The notes under the pieces are model-generated. The model worked only from the letters and a program-made list of their open reading frames with translations. It was not told the origin of the DNA and made no database searches. 54,684 bases of DNA, from UHGV virus genome UHGV-0199215. One strand, written 5' to 3'. Each line of letters opens with the position of its first letter. Within the stretch, counting starts at the first letter, position 1. This DNA comes from a virus. A program made the position numbers and the translations under genes. Of the stretch, positions 1-8,583 are shown in pieces.

Positions 1-51
1 ATCTTTATCACGGGAAGCAGCGATGGGTTGCTTATGAACGAGGGTGTGAAA

Positions 52-435
52 ATGGGAATGTATACCGAATTAGTGTTGAAGTGTCAGATTAAAGAAAATG
101 TACCTGTGGATGTGAAAGCTGTTATTGCACATATGTTCTGTGGTGAAAAAGAACCAGAGAAACTACCACAACATAAGTTTTTCAGTCTCCCCAGATGGAA
201 TTTTATTGGTAGTTGTAGCAGTTTTTATCATCACCCGGAAGTAATAAATAGTTGCCCTAAATTTGATTTCACCGATACTCAATATATTTTTAGTCGTAGC
301 GATATTAAAAATTATGATGGTGAGATTGAACAATTTATCGACTGGTTGAAACCGTATGTTGATGCTGAAGATGGTGCGTGTATTGGTTGGACGTGGTACG
401 AAGAAGAATTACAACCAAAATTAATCATTAAATAA
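52..435 (+). CDS. hypothetical protein
   Basis: ORF 28..435; ATG at 52 follows GAGGGTG Shine-Dalgarno; no recognisable motif. Confidence 0.45.
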   Translation: MGMYTELVLKCQIKENVPVDVKAVIAHMFCGEKEPEKLPQHKFFSLPRWNFIGSCSSFYHHPEVINSCPKFDFTDTQYIFSRSDIKNYDGEIEQFIDWLKPYVDAEDGACIGWTWYEEELQPKLIIK

Positions 436-450
436 CTCCGAGACGCTAAA

Positions 451-830
451 ATGAAGAAACTGATTCTATGCGCAATGTTAACAACCCTGACAGCCTGTGA
501 TAACGCTGCTGATGTTGCCAGTCGTAACGTTGCAACCGCTGCAGCTAACTTTGAAGTAAATCGTCGTATCGTTTTCTATAACGTTCGTAATGGTGAGTAT
601 CGTTTTCTATCGAAGGTCGTTGTGCCCGTGAGAACACTAGCAAAGAGATCGAAATCACCTGTAAAACTGGTCCGAACGACGTTAAGAAACACTTTATGGG
701 GTTAACCACGGAGGTAACTTATTTCATTGAACAAACAGACTCCTCGCCAACAGATCAGTATCGTTATCGTGTTACGTTTAACCCGATGCAAATTCTCCCG
801 GATCTAAACATCCGTCACCTTGGAGAATAA
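451..830 (+). CDS. putative lipoprotein with a reading-frame break near 594-600 (continues in -1 frame to TAA at 828-830)
   Basis: N-terminus MKKLILCAMLTTLTAC is a signal peptide plus lipobox; frame-1 ORF ends at 705 but an open -1 frame runs 597..830. Confidence 0.4.
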
Positions 831-833
831 CCT

Positions 834-995
834 ATGGGTAAAAAGAAAAGGAAACCGCCAGTTAAGAAAGAACCATATAAGCCACGACATGTTAATGAAT
901 TATGGGCTAAAGATGTGGACGATTTTACTGAATCTGACTGGAGTAAAGTCACAAGGTTGATCGTTAAATTAAAACGTCTATCGAGGTATGCATAA
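834..995 (+). CDS. small basic protein (53 aa)
   Basis: ATG at 834 with GGAGAA 8 nt upstream; below the ORF-track size cutoff. Confidence 0.3.
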   Translation: MGKKKRKPPVKKEPYKPRHVNELWAKDVDDFTESDWSKVTRLIVKLKRLSRYA

Positions 996-1270
996 TGTGT
1001 GACTGTATGAAAAAAGTTGGTGACGAACTTCAAAAACGTCTGATGGAAAAAGTACCAGTAGGTTCGGAAGTCAGCACTAACCTGTTTGATAAAGTTGGCT
1101 GGGATAATCAGTGTTTCGGTCTGACGTCTGGTAAAATACACGTTATGTTGAAATATCGTCTTGCATACCGCGCTAAAAAGAAAAACGGTGAACTGGCGAA
1201 GAACTTCACACGCCTGGAAACCAACATCAAAATGTCTTATTGTCCGTTCTGCGGGGAGAAACAGGAGTAA
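995..1270 (+). CDS. small Cys-rich protein (possible zinc ribbon)
   Basis: ORF with CxC at N-terminus and CPFC at C-terminus. Confidence 0.45.
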   Translation: MCDCMKKVGDELQKRLMEKVPVGSEVSTNLFDKVGWDNQCFGLTSGKIHVMLKYRLAYRAKKKNGELAKNFTRLETNIKMSYCPFCGEKQE

Positions 1271-1275
1271 CCGCT

Positions 1276-1506
1276 ATGGGAATGAAACAAATATGGGATG
1301 GTAAAAACCTTCCTCCCATTGGTTGTGAAGTGTTGATCCATCTGGCAAGCATTAACAAGTGGGTGGTACGAACTGTTCAGGGTTATGAAATATGGCCTTC
1401 TGTTTATGAAAATGATACTGCACATCACAGGATAAACATAAAATTTGAAGATAATGTTCGTCTGTTATGTGATGTGCGACCTCTTGACTGGCGTGAACCT
1501 GATTAA
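1276..1506 (+). CDS. hypothetical protein with WDGxxLPPxG motif
   Basis: ATG at 1276 after CAGGAG; shares N-terminal motif with ORF 4927..5391. Confidence 0.45.
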   Translation: MGMKQIWDGKNLPPIGCEVLIHLASINKWVVRTVQGYEIWPSVYENDTAHHRINIKFEDNVRLLCDVRPLDWREPD

Positions 1507-1539
1507 CTGGGTTCGATGGTTGTACTGAGTGGTTAAAAT

Positions 1540-1573
1540 GGAATCCAAATATAACCACTCTAATACGTATAAT
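1540..1573. terminator. hairpin between convergent genes
   Basis: 9-bp inverted repeat gagtggtta / taaccactc; no strong U-run. Confidence 0.3.
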
Positions 1574-2532
1574 CACGGGATAACATTTATATCTTGAGGG
1601 AGAGAATAAGCAACCCGGCAACGACAATTAATCACGTTCGCGGCACTACCGTTAGGATCACGAGGAAACATAAGTGGTCCTAACGGCGTTGAAAACGGTC
1701 TGTCCATTGGTATCCAGCCATTCGTTTCACCTGTGGAAATATGCGCGTCACGTGTCCGACCATCCTTCCTGTACAACCAACGTTTTAATAATTCATTACT
1801 GATCGACCCCGTAACCTGACCCTGACGAATAGCCTGGTCCTGACCAACGGATACAGCACGAAGTGATTCAGTACGCGCTATTGTCTCTGTACGCTGTTTT
1901 ACGTAACGCAAGCGTGTCTGTTCGATTATCTGGTCAATCTTCGCCTGTGATAGTTTCCCGGCACTTACAGCGTTCTTCGCACTGTCTGTAACAGTGGTCA
2001 GACTGTTCACATAACCTGCTTCACCTTTTTCCAGTGCTGACCGCAGACGTTGAACCGTCATTTCCTGCCGTGTGGTTAACCCTATTGATGATCGAAAATC
2101 ACGGGCTATCTGACGCGGATTTCGTCCGGTTACCACACCCTGATTAACTGCAATCTGAACAGCTTTGACTGTTTCGTCACTGACTTCACGGATCAGTTGT
2201 CCGACATAGTTGTTGATGTATGTACTGACCTGTGGGGTGACCAGACTGAACACAACCGGACCTGTCACAGCCGCTTTCGGTAAAACCTGAACGACTACAC
2301 GACCTGATTCGGCGATAGCATCTTCAATAACCGGGCGCAACTGTGCACTAAGTTCATCAGGGAGTGTTTCAAGAATGGGAAGTAATCCGGCAACACCCTG
2401 AGTTTCAATGATGTATTCCAGGTTAGCTAACGACTCACTACGACGCACGTTTTCCCACACGACATCAAGTGCTTCGCGAATGCGAGCGTCATACTTGTCT
2501 GAAATATCCGGGTATGGGTCTTTAGTAGCCAT
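1573..2532 (-). CDS. head morphogenesis protein (Mu F / SPP1 gp7 family)
   Basis: 319 aa; RTESLRA and NCRCR motifs typical of this family; sits after portal in minus-strand order. Confidence 0.8.
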   Translation of the reverse strand: MATKDPYPDISDKYDARIREALDVVWENVRRSESLANLEYIIETQGVAGLLPILETLPDELSAQLRPVIEDAIAESGRVVVQVLPKAAVTGPVVFSLVTPQVSTYINNYVGQLIREVSDETVKAVQIAVNQGVVTGRNPRQIARDFRSSIGLTTRQEMTVQRLRSALEKGEAGYVNSLTTVTDSAKNAVSAGKLSQAKIDQIIEQTRLRYVKQRTETIARTESLRAVSVGQDQAIRQGQVTGSISNELLKRWLYRKDGRTRDAHISTGETNGWIPMDRPFSTPLGPLMFPRDPNGSAANVINCRCRVAYSLPQDINVIP

Positions 2533-2560
2533 AAAAAAGCCTCAGTTAACACACTGAGGC
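2533..2560 (-). terminator. hairpin plus U-run immediately upstream of the MuF start
   Basis: gcctcagttaacacactgaggc palindrome followed on minus strand by U6; 3' arm contains GAGG 9 nt before the ATG. Confidence 0.45.
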
Positions 2561-2705
2561 CGATTATATCATGTGTTACGGGCGTGGAAGATTACGTTTT
2601 TCAGTTCCCTGAATGCGGTTCTTAACTTCGCGGATCTGTTCTTCCAGAAACTGTAACGCTTTTTGCGCTCGTTCGTAGTCTATTTCAAGTTCACGTAATA
2701 ATTTT

Positions 2706-2900
2706 TCATCTTTTGTCACGAGTATAACGTCCTTTAAAACCGGGTCTGACCATCAACTTACCATTCACTACCGCGTGAAATTCACCGTTGGTGTCATCCA
2801 TATATTTATAAACTGTCGCTTTATTACACCCAATCCGCCTGGCAAGTTCTGTCACGTTGCCATAAACGGTGGGTAGTAATTCAGAAATAGTTTGAACCAT
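2706..2900 (-). CDS. putative HTH DNA-binding protein
   Basis: 64 aa; helix-turn-helix-like segment VTELARRIGCNKATVYKYM. Confidence 0.5.
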   Translation of the reverse strand: MVQTISELLPTVYGNVTELARRIGCNKATVYKYMDDTNGEFHAVVNGKLMVRPGFKGRYTRDKR

Positions 2901-3115
2901 TATAATAGTTCCCCTCTGTCATGTGCCACACGTTCGATTAACCGAATCGTGGCAGACCGTTTATCACCGTCATAAGGTTCTTCATAACGAAGATCGTCTG
3001 TGAAAACGATTTGTTCACGGTCACAGTGAATAACAATAATATCGTACTTGACCAGAAGGTCGAATGCCTGTTCACCGTTCATCGTTAAGATATTCCTCTG
3101 CGTGTAATGCAGCAT
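2900..3115 (-). CDS. hypothetical protein
   Basis: 71-aa ORF contiguous with neighbours on minus strand. Confidence 0.45.
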   Translation of the reverse strand: MLHYTQRNILTMNGEQAFDLLVKYDIIVIHCDREQIVFTDDLRYEEPYDGDKRSATIRLIERVAHDRGELL

Positions 3116-3830
3116 AGCTGATCAGGTCTTCCAGACTGTCACGATGTGGTGTTTCAGTGTTGGAATAGAAACGAACCGCTTTTAACAGCATCAGGAATAA
3201 CCACCCTTCACCCGGTGTTAAGTCGCGCCCGGTAATTGTGTTAAACGCAGCAACGATTTTAGCTGACGAACGTTCCTGACCAGACGTGTCATACTGCTTA
3301 CCACGTTCTGTCAGTAGCTGTTCAGCCTGTTTCAGTAAGTCAGACGCTGTTGATGGTTGTTGGACAGGTGTGAATGTACAGCGACAATTTGAAAGTGGTG
3401 TAATTGTTTCAGTTCCGACGGTCATTGGTGACCAGGAACGTTTGTCTGTAATACGAATAGCATAACCATGTTCGACTAACTGGTCGTCATTCCACCCGGT
3501 CGCAATGAATTCTTCGTAAGTATTACCACGGGCTTTCGGTGTCATTAACAGTTTTGTTTTGACAGATGTTGCTGGACCACAAGGGCGTTTTTCAAAGATT
3601 TCAAAGTCATCAGCATTGTCGATAATTTGTGGCGGATTTCTTAAAATTGGTGCGTACATTGAACCGTCAGACCATGCAAAAGTGTTTGTTGTCTTATTAA
3701 GAACAACACATGTAGCCCAGTCTGGCGCTTCACTCCAGTCTACTTGTTGTGTTTTCATTCGATAGTTAAGTGATTGTTTTTCACTTTCAGCATCATATGC
3801 AGGTATGTTCCACGGATGTTCAAACATCAT
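3072..3830 (-). CDS. hypothetical protein
   Basis: 252 aa; internal TYEEFIATGWNDDQLVEHGY motif also found at C-terminus of ORF 30824..31615. Confidence 0.55.
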   Translation of the reverse strand: MMFEHPWNIPAYDAESEKQSLNYRMKTQQVDWSEAPDWATCVVLNKTTNTFAWSDGSMYAPILRNPPQIIDNADDFEIFEKRPCGPATSVKTKLLMTPKARGNTYEEFIATGWNDDQLVEHGYAIRITDKRSWSPMTVGTETITPLSNCRCTFTPVQQPSTASDLLKQAEQLLTERGKQYDTSGQERSSAKIVAAFNTITGRDLTPGEGWLFLMLLKAVRFYSNTETPHRDSLEDLISYAALHAEEYLNDER

Positions 3831-3857
3831 TTATTCCTCATTGGTTAACGTTGACAG

Positions 3858-3903
3858 AAGTTTAAAATAATTCTTGACACATTGCAAGCGGTCACACTAA
3901 CAT
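3858..3903 (+). promoter_or_regulatory. conserved phage promoter (UP-like TTTAAAATAATTC, -35 TTGACA)
   Basis: TTGACA at 3874-3879, 17-18 nt spacer, weak -10 CTAACA/TAACAT; member of repeated promoter family. Confidence 0.6.
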
Positions 3904-3937
3904 TTGTCACGAACGAAACACACTGAGGAATCAAACA

Positions 3938-4108
3938 ATGACTAATGAAGATGTTGCTAAACAATTGCGAAAAATCGCGGATCTGATTGATAGTGGTGAA
4001 CTTTTACCAATTCGTGTCCGTAAGAATAACGATATTTTAGGTCAAACTGGTAAACTTGAAATTGTTTTTCATTTACCCGCAAAACAAGAGGAATCAAACA
4101 ATGACTAA
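3938..4108 (+). CDS. small protein (56 aa) upstream of dUTPase
   Basis: ATG at 3938 with GAGGAA; stop overlaps the dUTPase start (ATGACTAA). Confidence 0.4.
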   Translation: MTNEDVAKQLRKIADLIDSGELLPIRVRKNNDILGQTGKLEIVFHLPAKQEESNND

Positions 4109-4604
4109 CCTGTATATCAAAAAACTAACATCCCACGCTGAACTTCCGACACGTGTAACACCAGACAGCGCCGGGTTAGACGTTCGTGCTTGCCTGTGGG
4201 AAGAATCGGTAACCATATTCACAGAATCAGGCGCTAAAGTGGAACGTCCGGTTGTTGCAGGAACAATCGCATTATGGCCCGGCGACCGCGCTATGATCCC
4301 CACTGGTCTGAAAATGTCAGTTGATAGCGGATATTGCATTAAATTATATCCACGTTCCGGCATGAGTCTTAAACACGGGCTGTCACTGATCAACTGTGTG
4401 GGTATCGGTGATCGTGATTACAAAGAAGAATACTACGTTACGCTGACTAACCACGGGCAGAAATTACAGACTATCGCAGACGGTGAACGCGTTTGTCAGC
4501 TCATGGTTGAACGTGTCGAACCTGTTAACCTGGTTGAAGTGGAAGAATTACCAGATATTGATAGTCAGCGTAATGGCGGGTTTGGATCAACAGGACGGGC
4601 GTGA
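4101..4604 (+). CDS. dut: dUTP diphosphatase (dUTPase)
   Basis: Motifs AGLDVRA, IPTG, PRSG, GIGDRDY and RNGGFGSTG match the five dUTPase motifs. Confidence 0.9.
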   Translation: MTNLYIKKLTSHAELPTRVTPDSAGLDVRACLWEESVTIFTESGAKVERPVVAGTIALWPGDRAMIPTGLKMSVDSGYCIKLYPRSGMSLKHGLSLINCVGIGDRDYKEEYYVTLTNHGQKLQTIADGERVCQLMVERVEPVNLVEVEELPDIDSQRNGGFGSTGRA

Positions 4605-4930
4605 TGAACAATCGTGATTTATTAGTCAACGCAGCACGGGCTGCTGAAATCCAGGGTAAATATTACGTCGCGTACGACGAACATTACATAAACGAAGGTA
4701 TTGATATAGGTAATGGTCGCCTGTGGAACCCTCTTACACGTAATGAGGATGCTTTCAGTCTGATGGTTAACATGTACATGGATCTGGATGTTCGTGACAA
4801 CGAAGTGACGGTTAATAACCCTGACACTGGCGTTAGTTATAAGCAACCAGTTAGCCACGGAGAAGACCGTGAAAAAGCAACGCGTTTAGCGATCGTCAAC
4901 TGTGCTGCAATTGTGGGATCGTATTTATGA
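4604..4930 (+). CDS. hypothetical protein
   Basis: ATG at 4604 overlaps the dUTPase stop (TGATG). Confidence 0.5.
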   Translation: MNNRDLLVNAARAAEIQGKYYVAYDEHYINEGIDIGNGRLWNPLTRNEDAFSLMVNMYMDLDVRDNEVTVNNPDTGVSYKQPVSHGEDREKATRLAIVNCAAIVGSYL

Positions 4931-5391
4931 AAAGTTTTTGTGAAAAACACATGCGTGATAACAGTGATCAAAAACATGGTATTTGTCCTGACTGTGTGAA
5001 TGAAAAACAACAATGGGATGGTGAAGGTTTACCACCTGTCGGTACAGTATGCGAGTGGTTAGCAAGCGTTGATCACGATTGGGTAAAGGTGACGGTATTA
5101 GGTCATCATGGTGATGATACATGGTTAAAGCCTGATGACGGTACACAATCATTTATTGTAGGTAACGCGGAAAACTTCAGACCTATTCCGAATGAACGTG
5201 AAAAGGCTATTGATGAAATGAGAAATTCGGTTACTAACTATAACAATACATCTGTTATTCACGCGATAGAGCAACTTTATGATGCTGGTTATCGTAAATT
5301 GTCAGCAATGCCCAGTTTTAAATGGCAATATTTCTGCAGTACATGTGGGCGTATAGTTGAACCAGGTCAGGAACATAATCACAGGTGCTAA
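4927..5391 (+). CDS. hypothetical Cys-rich protein with WDGxxLPPxG motif
   Basis: 154 aa; CPDC and CSTCG clusters; ATGA overlap with upstream gene. Confidence 0.5.
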   Translation: MKSFCEKHMRDNSDQKHGICPDCVNEKQQWDGEGLPPVGTVCEWLASVDHDWVKVTVLGHHGDDTWLKPDDGTQSFIVGNAENFRPIPNEREKAIDEMRNSVTNYNNTSVIHAIEQLYDAGYRKLSAMPSFKWQYFCSTCGRIVEPGQEHNHRC

Positions 5392-5393
5392 CC

Positions 5394-5642
5394 ATGACGA
5401 TATTTAAAAACGCAATGGGCGATACTGTCGCGTATCTGCCGAAAGTCATTATTGCAGATCCGTCCTGTGTTGATTACCCACACAGCAAGCAATCTGAAGC
5501 GACCTACAACGACCTGTGCGTTGATATTATGCGTGGTTGTGACATCGGTATTGAACGACTTCAGAAACTTCGGGAGGAATACGAAAAACGGTCTGTACAG
5601 GCCGCAATGGGTTTACCGACTGTCTACGACAATTTAAAATAA
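5394..5642 (+). CDS. hypothetical protein
   Basis: ATG at 5394 after AGGTG; track ORF begins at a GTG at 5385. Confidence 0.45.
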   Translation: MTIFKNAMGDTVAYLPKVIIADPSCVDYPHSKQSEATYNDLCVDIMRGCDIGIERLQKLREEYEKRSVQAAMGLPTVYDNLK

Positions 5643-5680
5643 TTCTCGACGGATTACACAAGGACGTGTAACCTACAAAC
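5636..5680 (+). promoter_or_regulatory. degenerate copy of the conserved promoter (-35 TCGACG)
   Basis: TTTAAAATAATTCTCGACGGATTACACA matches the family except T to C in the -35. Confidence 0.35.
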
Positions 5681-5704
5681 ATCAAAACAAAGGAGGACAT
5701 AATC

Positions 5705-6049
5705 ATGTCATTCACTATTTTATGGATTCTTTTCTCTCTGGTTGTCGCGGGTGTTGCCAAACAAACAGGTCGTAACCCTGGTGTATGGTTCTTTATCGCA
5801 TTTCTCACAAGTCCTGTGATCGGTGGTCTGATTTTGCTAATAGCATATCTGTTTAACGGTAAGGTCGTAAGGGGACAACCGAAAGTGGTAACCACGGGGA
5901 TGTTCAGCAATTACCTTGCAGCCTATAACTATGTCAATGAACATTACACTATTGATACTGACTACCGGGCAGAAGCAGCAAGTGACCTGTTTAAGTATGC
6001 TACCTGTCGCGAGGACTGTGATAAACTGATCTCGAAGTATGTTAACTGA
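5705..6049 (+). CDS. small membrane protein
   Basis: Strong AAGGAGGA Shine-Dalgarno; two hydrophobic helices at N-terminus. Confidence 0.55.
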   Translation: MSFTILWILFSLVVAGVAKQTGRNPGVWFFIAFLTSPVIGGLILLIAYLFNGKVVRGQPKVVTTGMFSNYLAAYNYVNEHYTIDTDYRAEAASDLFKYATCREDCDKLISKYVN

Positions 6050-6064
6050 CAGGAGAAGACTTAA

Positions 6065-6397
6065 ATGCGTTTTGAAATTCTTGAGCTTGTTAAATATGAC
6101 AAGACTGCTGCTGAAATTCTGGTTGATGCAGTTGCTGACAATGAAGTGAAATTTAAACTACTTAACAAAGTCTGGAAATACATTGTAACCACGACTATTG
6201 TTGAGCAAGCATCACAGTTTAAGGAAGTTGTCGCTGACATGTACGCGTTCACTGGCGATGATGAAGTCAAACTGCAATTGCTTGATAAAACGCTGGAACG
6301 TGCGATCAACAACAGTTATCCGTTACAGACTCGTATTCAGACTGCGATTGATGAAGCGAGTAAATTACTGTCAATCGTGCAGCCTGAAACTAAGTAA
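6065..6397 (+). CDS. hypothetical protein
   Basis: 110-aa ORF with AGGAGAAG upstream. Confidence 0.5.
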   Translation: MRFEILELVKYDKTAAEILVDAVADNEVKFKLLNKVWKYIVTTTIVEQASQFKEVVADMYAFTGDDEVKLQLLDKTLERAINNSYPLQTRIQTAIDEASKLLSIVQPETK

Positions 6398-6403
6398 AAT
6401 TAA

Positions 6404-6428
6404 GGGACCAGGAACGGTCCCTTTTTCA
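6404..6428 (+). terminator. rho-independent terminator
   Basis: gggaccaggaacggtccc hairpin followed by TTTTT. Confidence 0.7.
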
Positions 6429-6429
6429 T

Positions 6430-7785
6430 TCAGTCGTCAATAGACGGTAATCCGTCCCCAGCTTTATCAATCCCCGTAATAGGTAGACCCGCCTCTTTAT
6501 ATACGTATTCCTGAAGGTCTGGATCCGGGAATACAGGTGCGCCAGCTTGTGCTAAACGAGCAAGTGCCGTAGTCAATGTTTCAATACTGTCTTTACTGAT
6601 CGACCCGGCGCGAATCGACGGGCGGTATTCATCAGGAAATGCGTTTAACGACCATAACTGCGGTATCAACTGACGATTAACACATTCTACAATACTATCA
6701 ATACGTGATTGCATTGCGCGGATCCATAATTCAGTACGACTACCCAGGTTAGCGTTATTCCCGGTATTACCACCCGTTCCGAAAAACATGAAATCTGCCA
6801 GTAACGCGCGGGCAATACTGGTATCCAGACGTTTAATCGTCCGGTCAATATCCACAGAACTGGTCTGGTTAGGTGTAACGAATTCCAGTTTCACCTGTTG
6901 TTCACCACCATACGTGGTAACACCTGTTTCGTTATCATAACCCGTGATATACGGTTTAGAATAAATCACCAGCCCTGATTGTTCATTGCGTTTGATATTG
7001 GCGACGATATTTTCATAGTTATCAATCATCGCCTGTGCTGCCTGACGTTGTTGTTCAGGAACGTTGGGGTCATTAGCCGCTTTCTTAATATCTGCGTTAA
7101 CAGTAATTACCGGGAACCCTGTACCACGTTCGGCAAGTATGGATTCGATTTCCATATTCACTTTTTTGTAGTACCACGGACGATAAGCTGTGCGCAGCAG
7201 TGATAAACCTTCCGGGTTACCTTTATTCGGACTTGAAATCAAATGAAGCGAACGGTCACGCGTGATTAACGTCGTTGTACCCTGGTTAGGTGAACGTTGA
7301 TAAATACCACGAACATAACCTGTCGGCTCTTCAATATCCCAGCCAGCAAGCGTTTCAGGTGCTACAGGAACCAGACGGGCAATACCCACAGTGCCGTCAT
7401 CAAGGTCTTTGACCCAGATGTCATACCAACCCCAGCCGAATACATCAACGTCTGTCCATGTCTGAACGAACGCGGACCAGGTATCATCCGGGAGTGCACC
7501 ACGCGGATCACCCATTTTATTTTCAATAGCATCCTGTAACCATTCTGAATAACGAATAGCTTCTGGATCATCTTTGTCAGACGGGTCAAAAATCCACTGT
7601 ACAGAACGATAAACGCTACTCATAGCGAATAACACACCGCCAATAGTTTCGTCGTTCTCAGCCATCTGACGCAGAATACGACGGCCTTGTTTACCGTTCA
7701 GCTTAGGAAGGAAATCGTCGTTTACCTGGTTGCCTGTTCGACTGTACCCGGCAACGGCTAGTTGTTCGAATTGTTGATCAGCCAT
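6430..7785 (-). CDS. portal protein
   Basis: 451 aa, between terminase and head morphogenesis genes in minus-strand order; portal-like size and composition. Confidence 0.8.
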   Translation of the reverse strand: MADQQFEQLAVAGYSRTGNQVNDDFLPKLNGKQGRRILRQMAENDETIGGVLFAMSSVYRSVQWIFDPSDKDDPEAIRYSEWLQDAIENKMGDPRGALPDDTWSAFVQTWTDVDVFGWGWYDIWVKDLDDGTVGIARLVPVAPETLAGWDIEEPTGYVRGIYQRSPNQGTTTLITRDRSLHLISSPNKGNPEGLSLLRTAYRPWYYKKVNMEIESILAERGTGFPVITVNADIKKAANDPNVPEQQRQAAQAMIDNYENIVANIKRNEQSGLVIYSKPYITGYDNETGVTTYGGEQQVKLEFVTPNQTSSVDIDRTIKRLDTSIARALLADFMFFGTGGNTGNNANLGSRTELWIRAMQSRIDSIVECVNRQLIPQLWSLNAFPDEYRPSIRAGSISKDSIETLTTALARLAQAGAPVFPDPDLQEYVYKEAGLPITGIDKAGDGLPSIDD

Positions 7786-7851
7786 GTTCTACAGGCTCCA
7801 TACGGTTTACGGTTCTTAACGTATGTTATATCAGTGATGGTTTTTTTGCAC

Positions 7852-7896
7852 GGTGTTAAAATAATTCTTGACGTATTGCAAACGTACGATTATGCT
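7852..7896 (+). promoter_or_regulatory. conserved phage promoter
   Basis: -35 TTGACG 7868-7873, 17 nt spacer, -10 TATGCT 7891-7896, upstream TTAAAATAATTC. Confidence 0.65.
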
Positions 7897-7927
7897 TTAG
7901 TCATCAAATGAACGAAGGGTGATAACT

Positions 7928-8239
7928 ATGAAACCGAATGAAAATATTACACAACTGGATATTGCTTTTGGACCTAAAAACATTGCTGAATTTCTCCCGG
8001 CGATGGGTAGTATTCCGAAAGAATTTTTCGAAAATTCTAACCCGTGGAATCAGTGGGTCAGCAAATGGTTTTTCAATGGTCTGAAAGAATACGCAGTTGC
8101 TGTTAACGGTGTGAACTTTAAACAGGCCCACGCGCATATCAAAGTGATCCTGGGTAGTTTCGAACCTAAACACGAACATAAAATTGCCGGGTGTGCGTAT
8201 CTCGCGTCAATGTGGTTTGTACCGGAGACACTAAAATGA
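7928..8239 (+). CDS. hypothetical protein
   Basis: ATG at 7928 after AGGGTGA. Confidence 0.5.
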   Translation: MKPNENITQLDIAFGPKNIAEFLPAMGSIPKEFFENSNPWNQWVSKWFFNGLKEYAVAVNGVNFKQAHAHIKVILGSFEPKHEHKIAGCAYLASMWFVPETLK

Positions 8240-8571
8240 AAATAAATATGGGAAACGGTAAAGTAATAATTGACGGTAGGGAATTTACAGGACGTAAATT
8301 TGAAATTAACGGTGATAAAGTAATTGTTGATGGCATACAGGTTGATGGTAATCTGGTTGGTAACATATCTATCAGTGTTTATGGTGATGTTGAATCCATT
8401 GAAACGACTAACGGTGAAGTTAACATTTCAGGAAACAGTGGAGATATCAAAACGGTTAACGGTAATGTTTCTGTTACTGGGGATAGCGGTAATATCAAAA
8501 CAGTTAATGGAAATATTACTACAAAGTCATGTACTAATTCACATTCCGTCAACGGTATCATCCGTAACTGA
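8236..8571 (+). CDS. repeat protein, bactofilin-like / beta-helix-like
   Basis: Periodic Gly/Asn/Val repeats (e.g. SGDIKTVNGNVSV, SGNIKTVNGNITT). Confidence 0.5.
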   Translation: MKINMGNGKVIIDGREFTGRKFEINGDKVIVDGIQVDGNLVGNISISVYGDVESIETTNGEVNISGNSGDIKTVNGNVSVTGDSGNIKTVNGNITTKSCTNSHSVNGIIRN

Positions 8572-8583
8572 GGAAGAATAATC

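Noticed and set aside
1504-1520. tRNA-like GGGTTCGATGG T-loop-like sequence
   Set aside because: No complementary T-stem, acceptor stem or anticodon arm could be built around it; no tRNA is called in the window.
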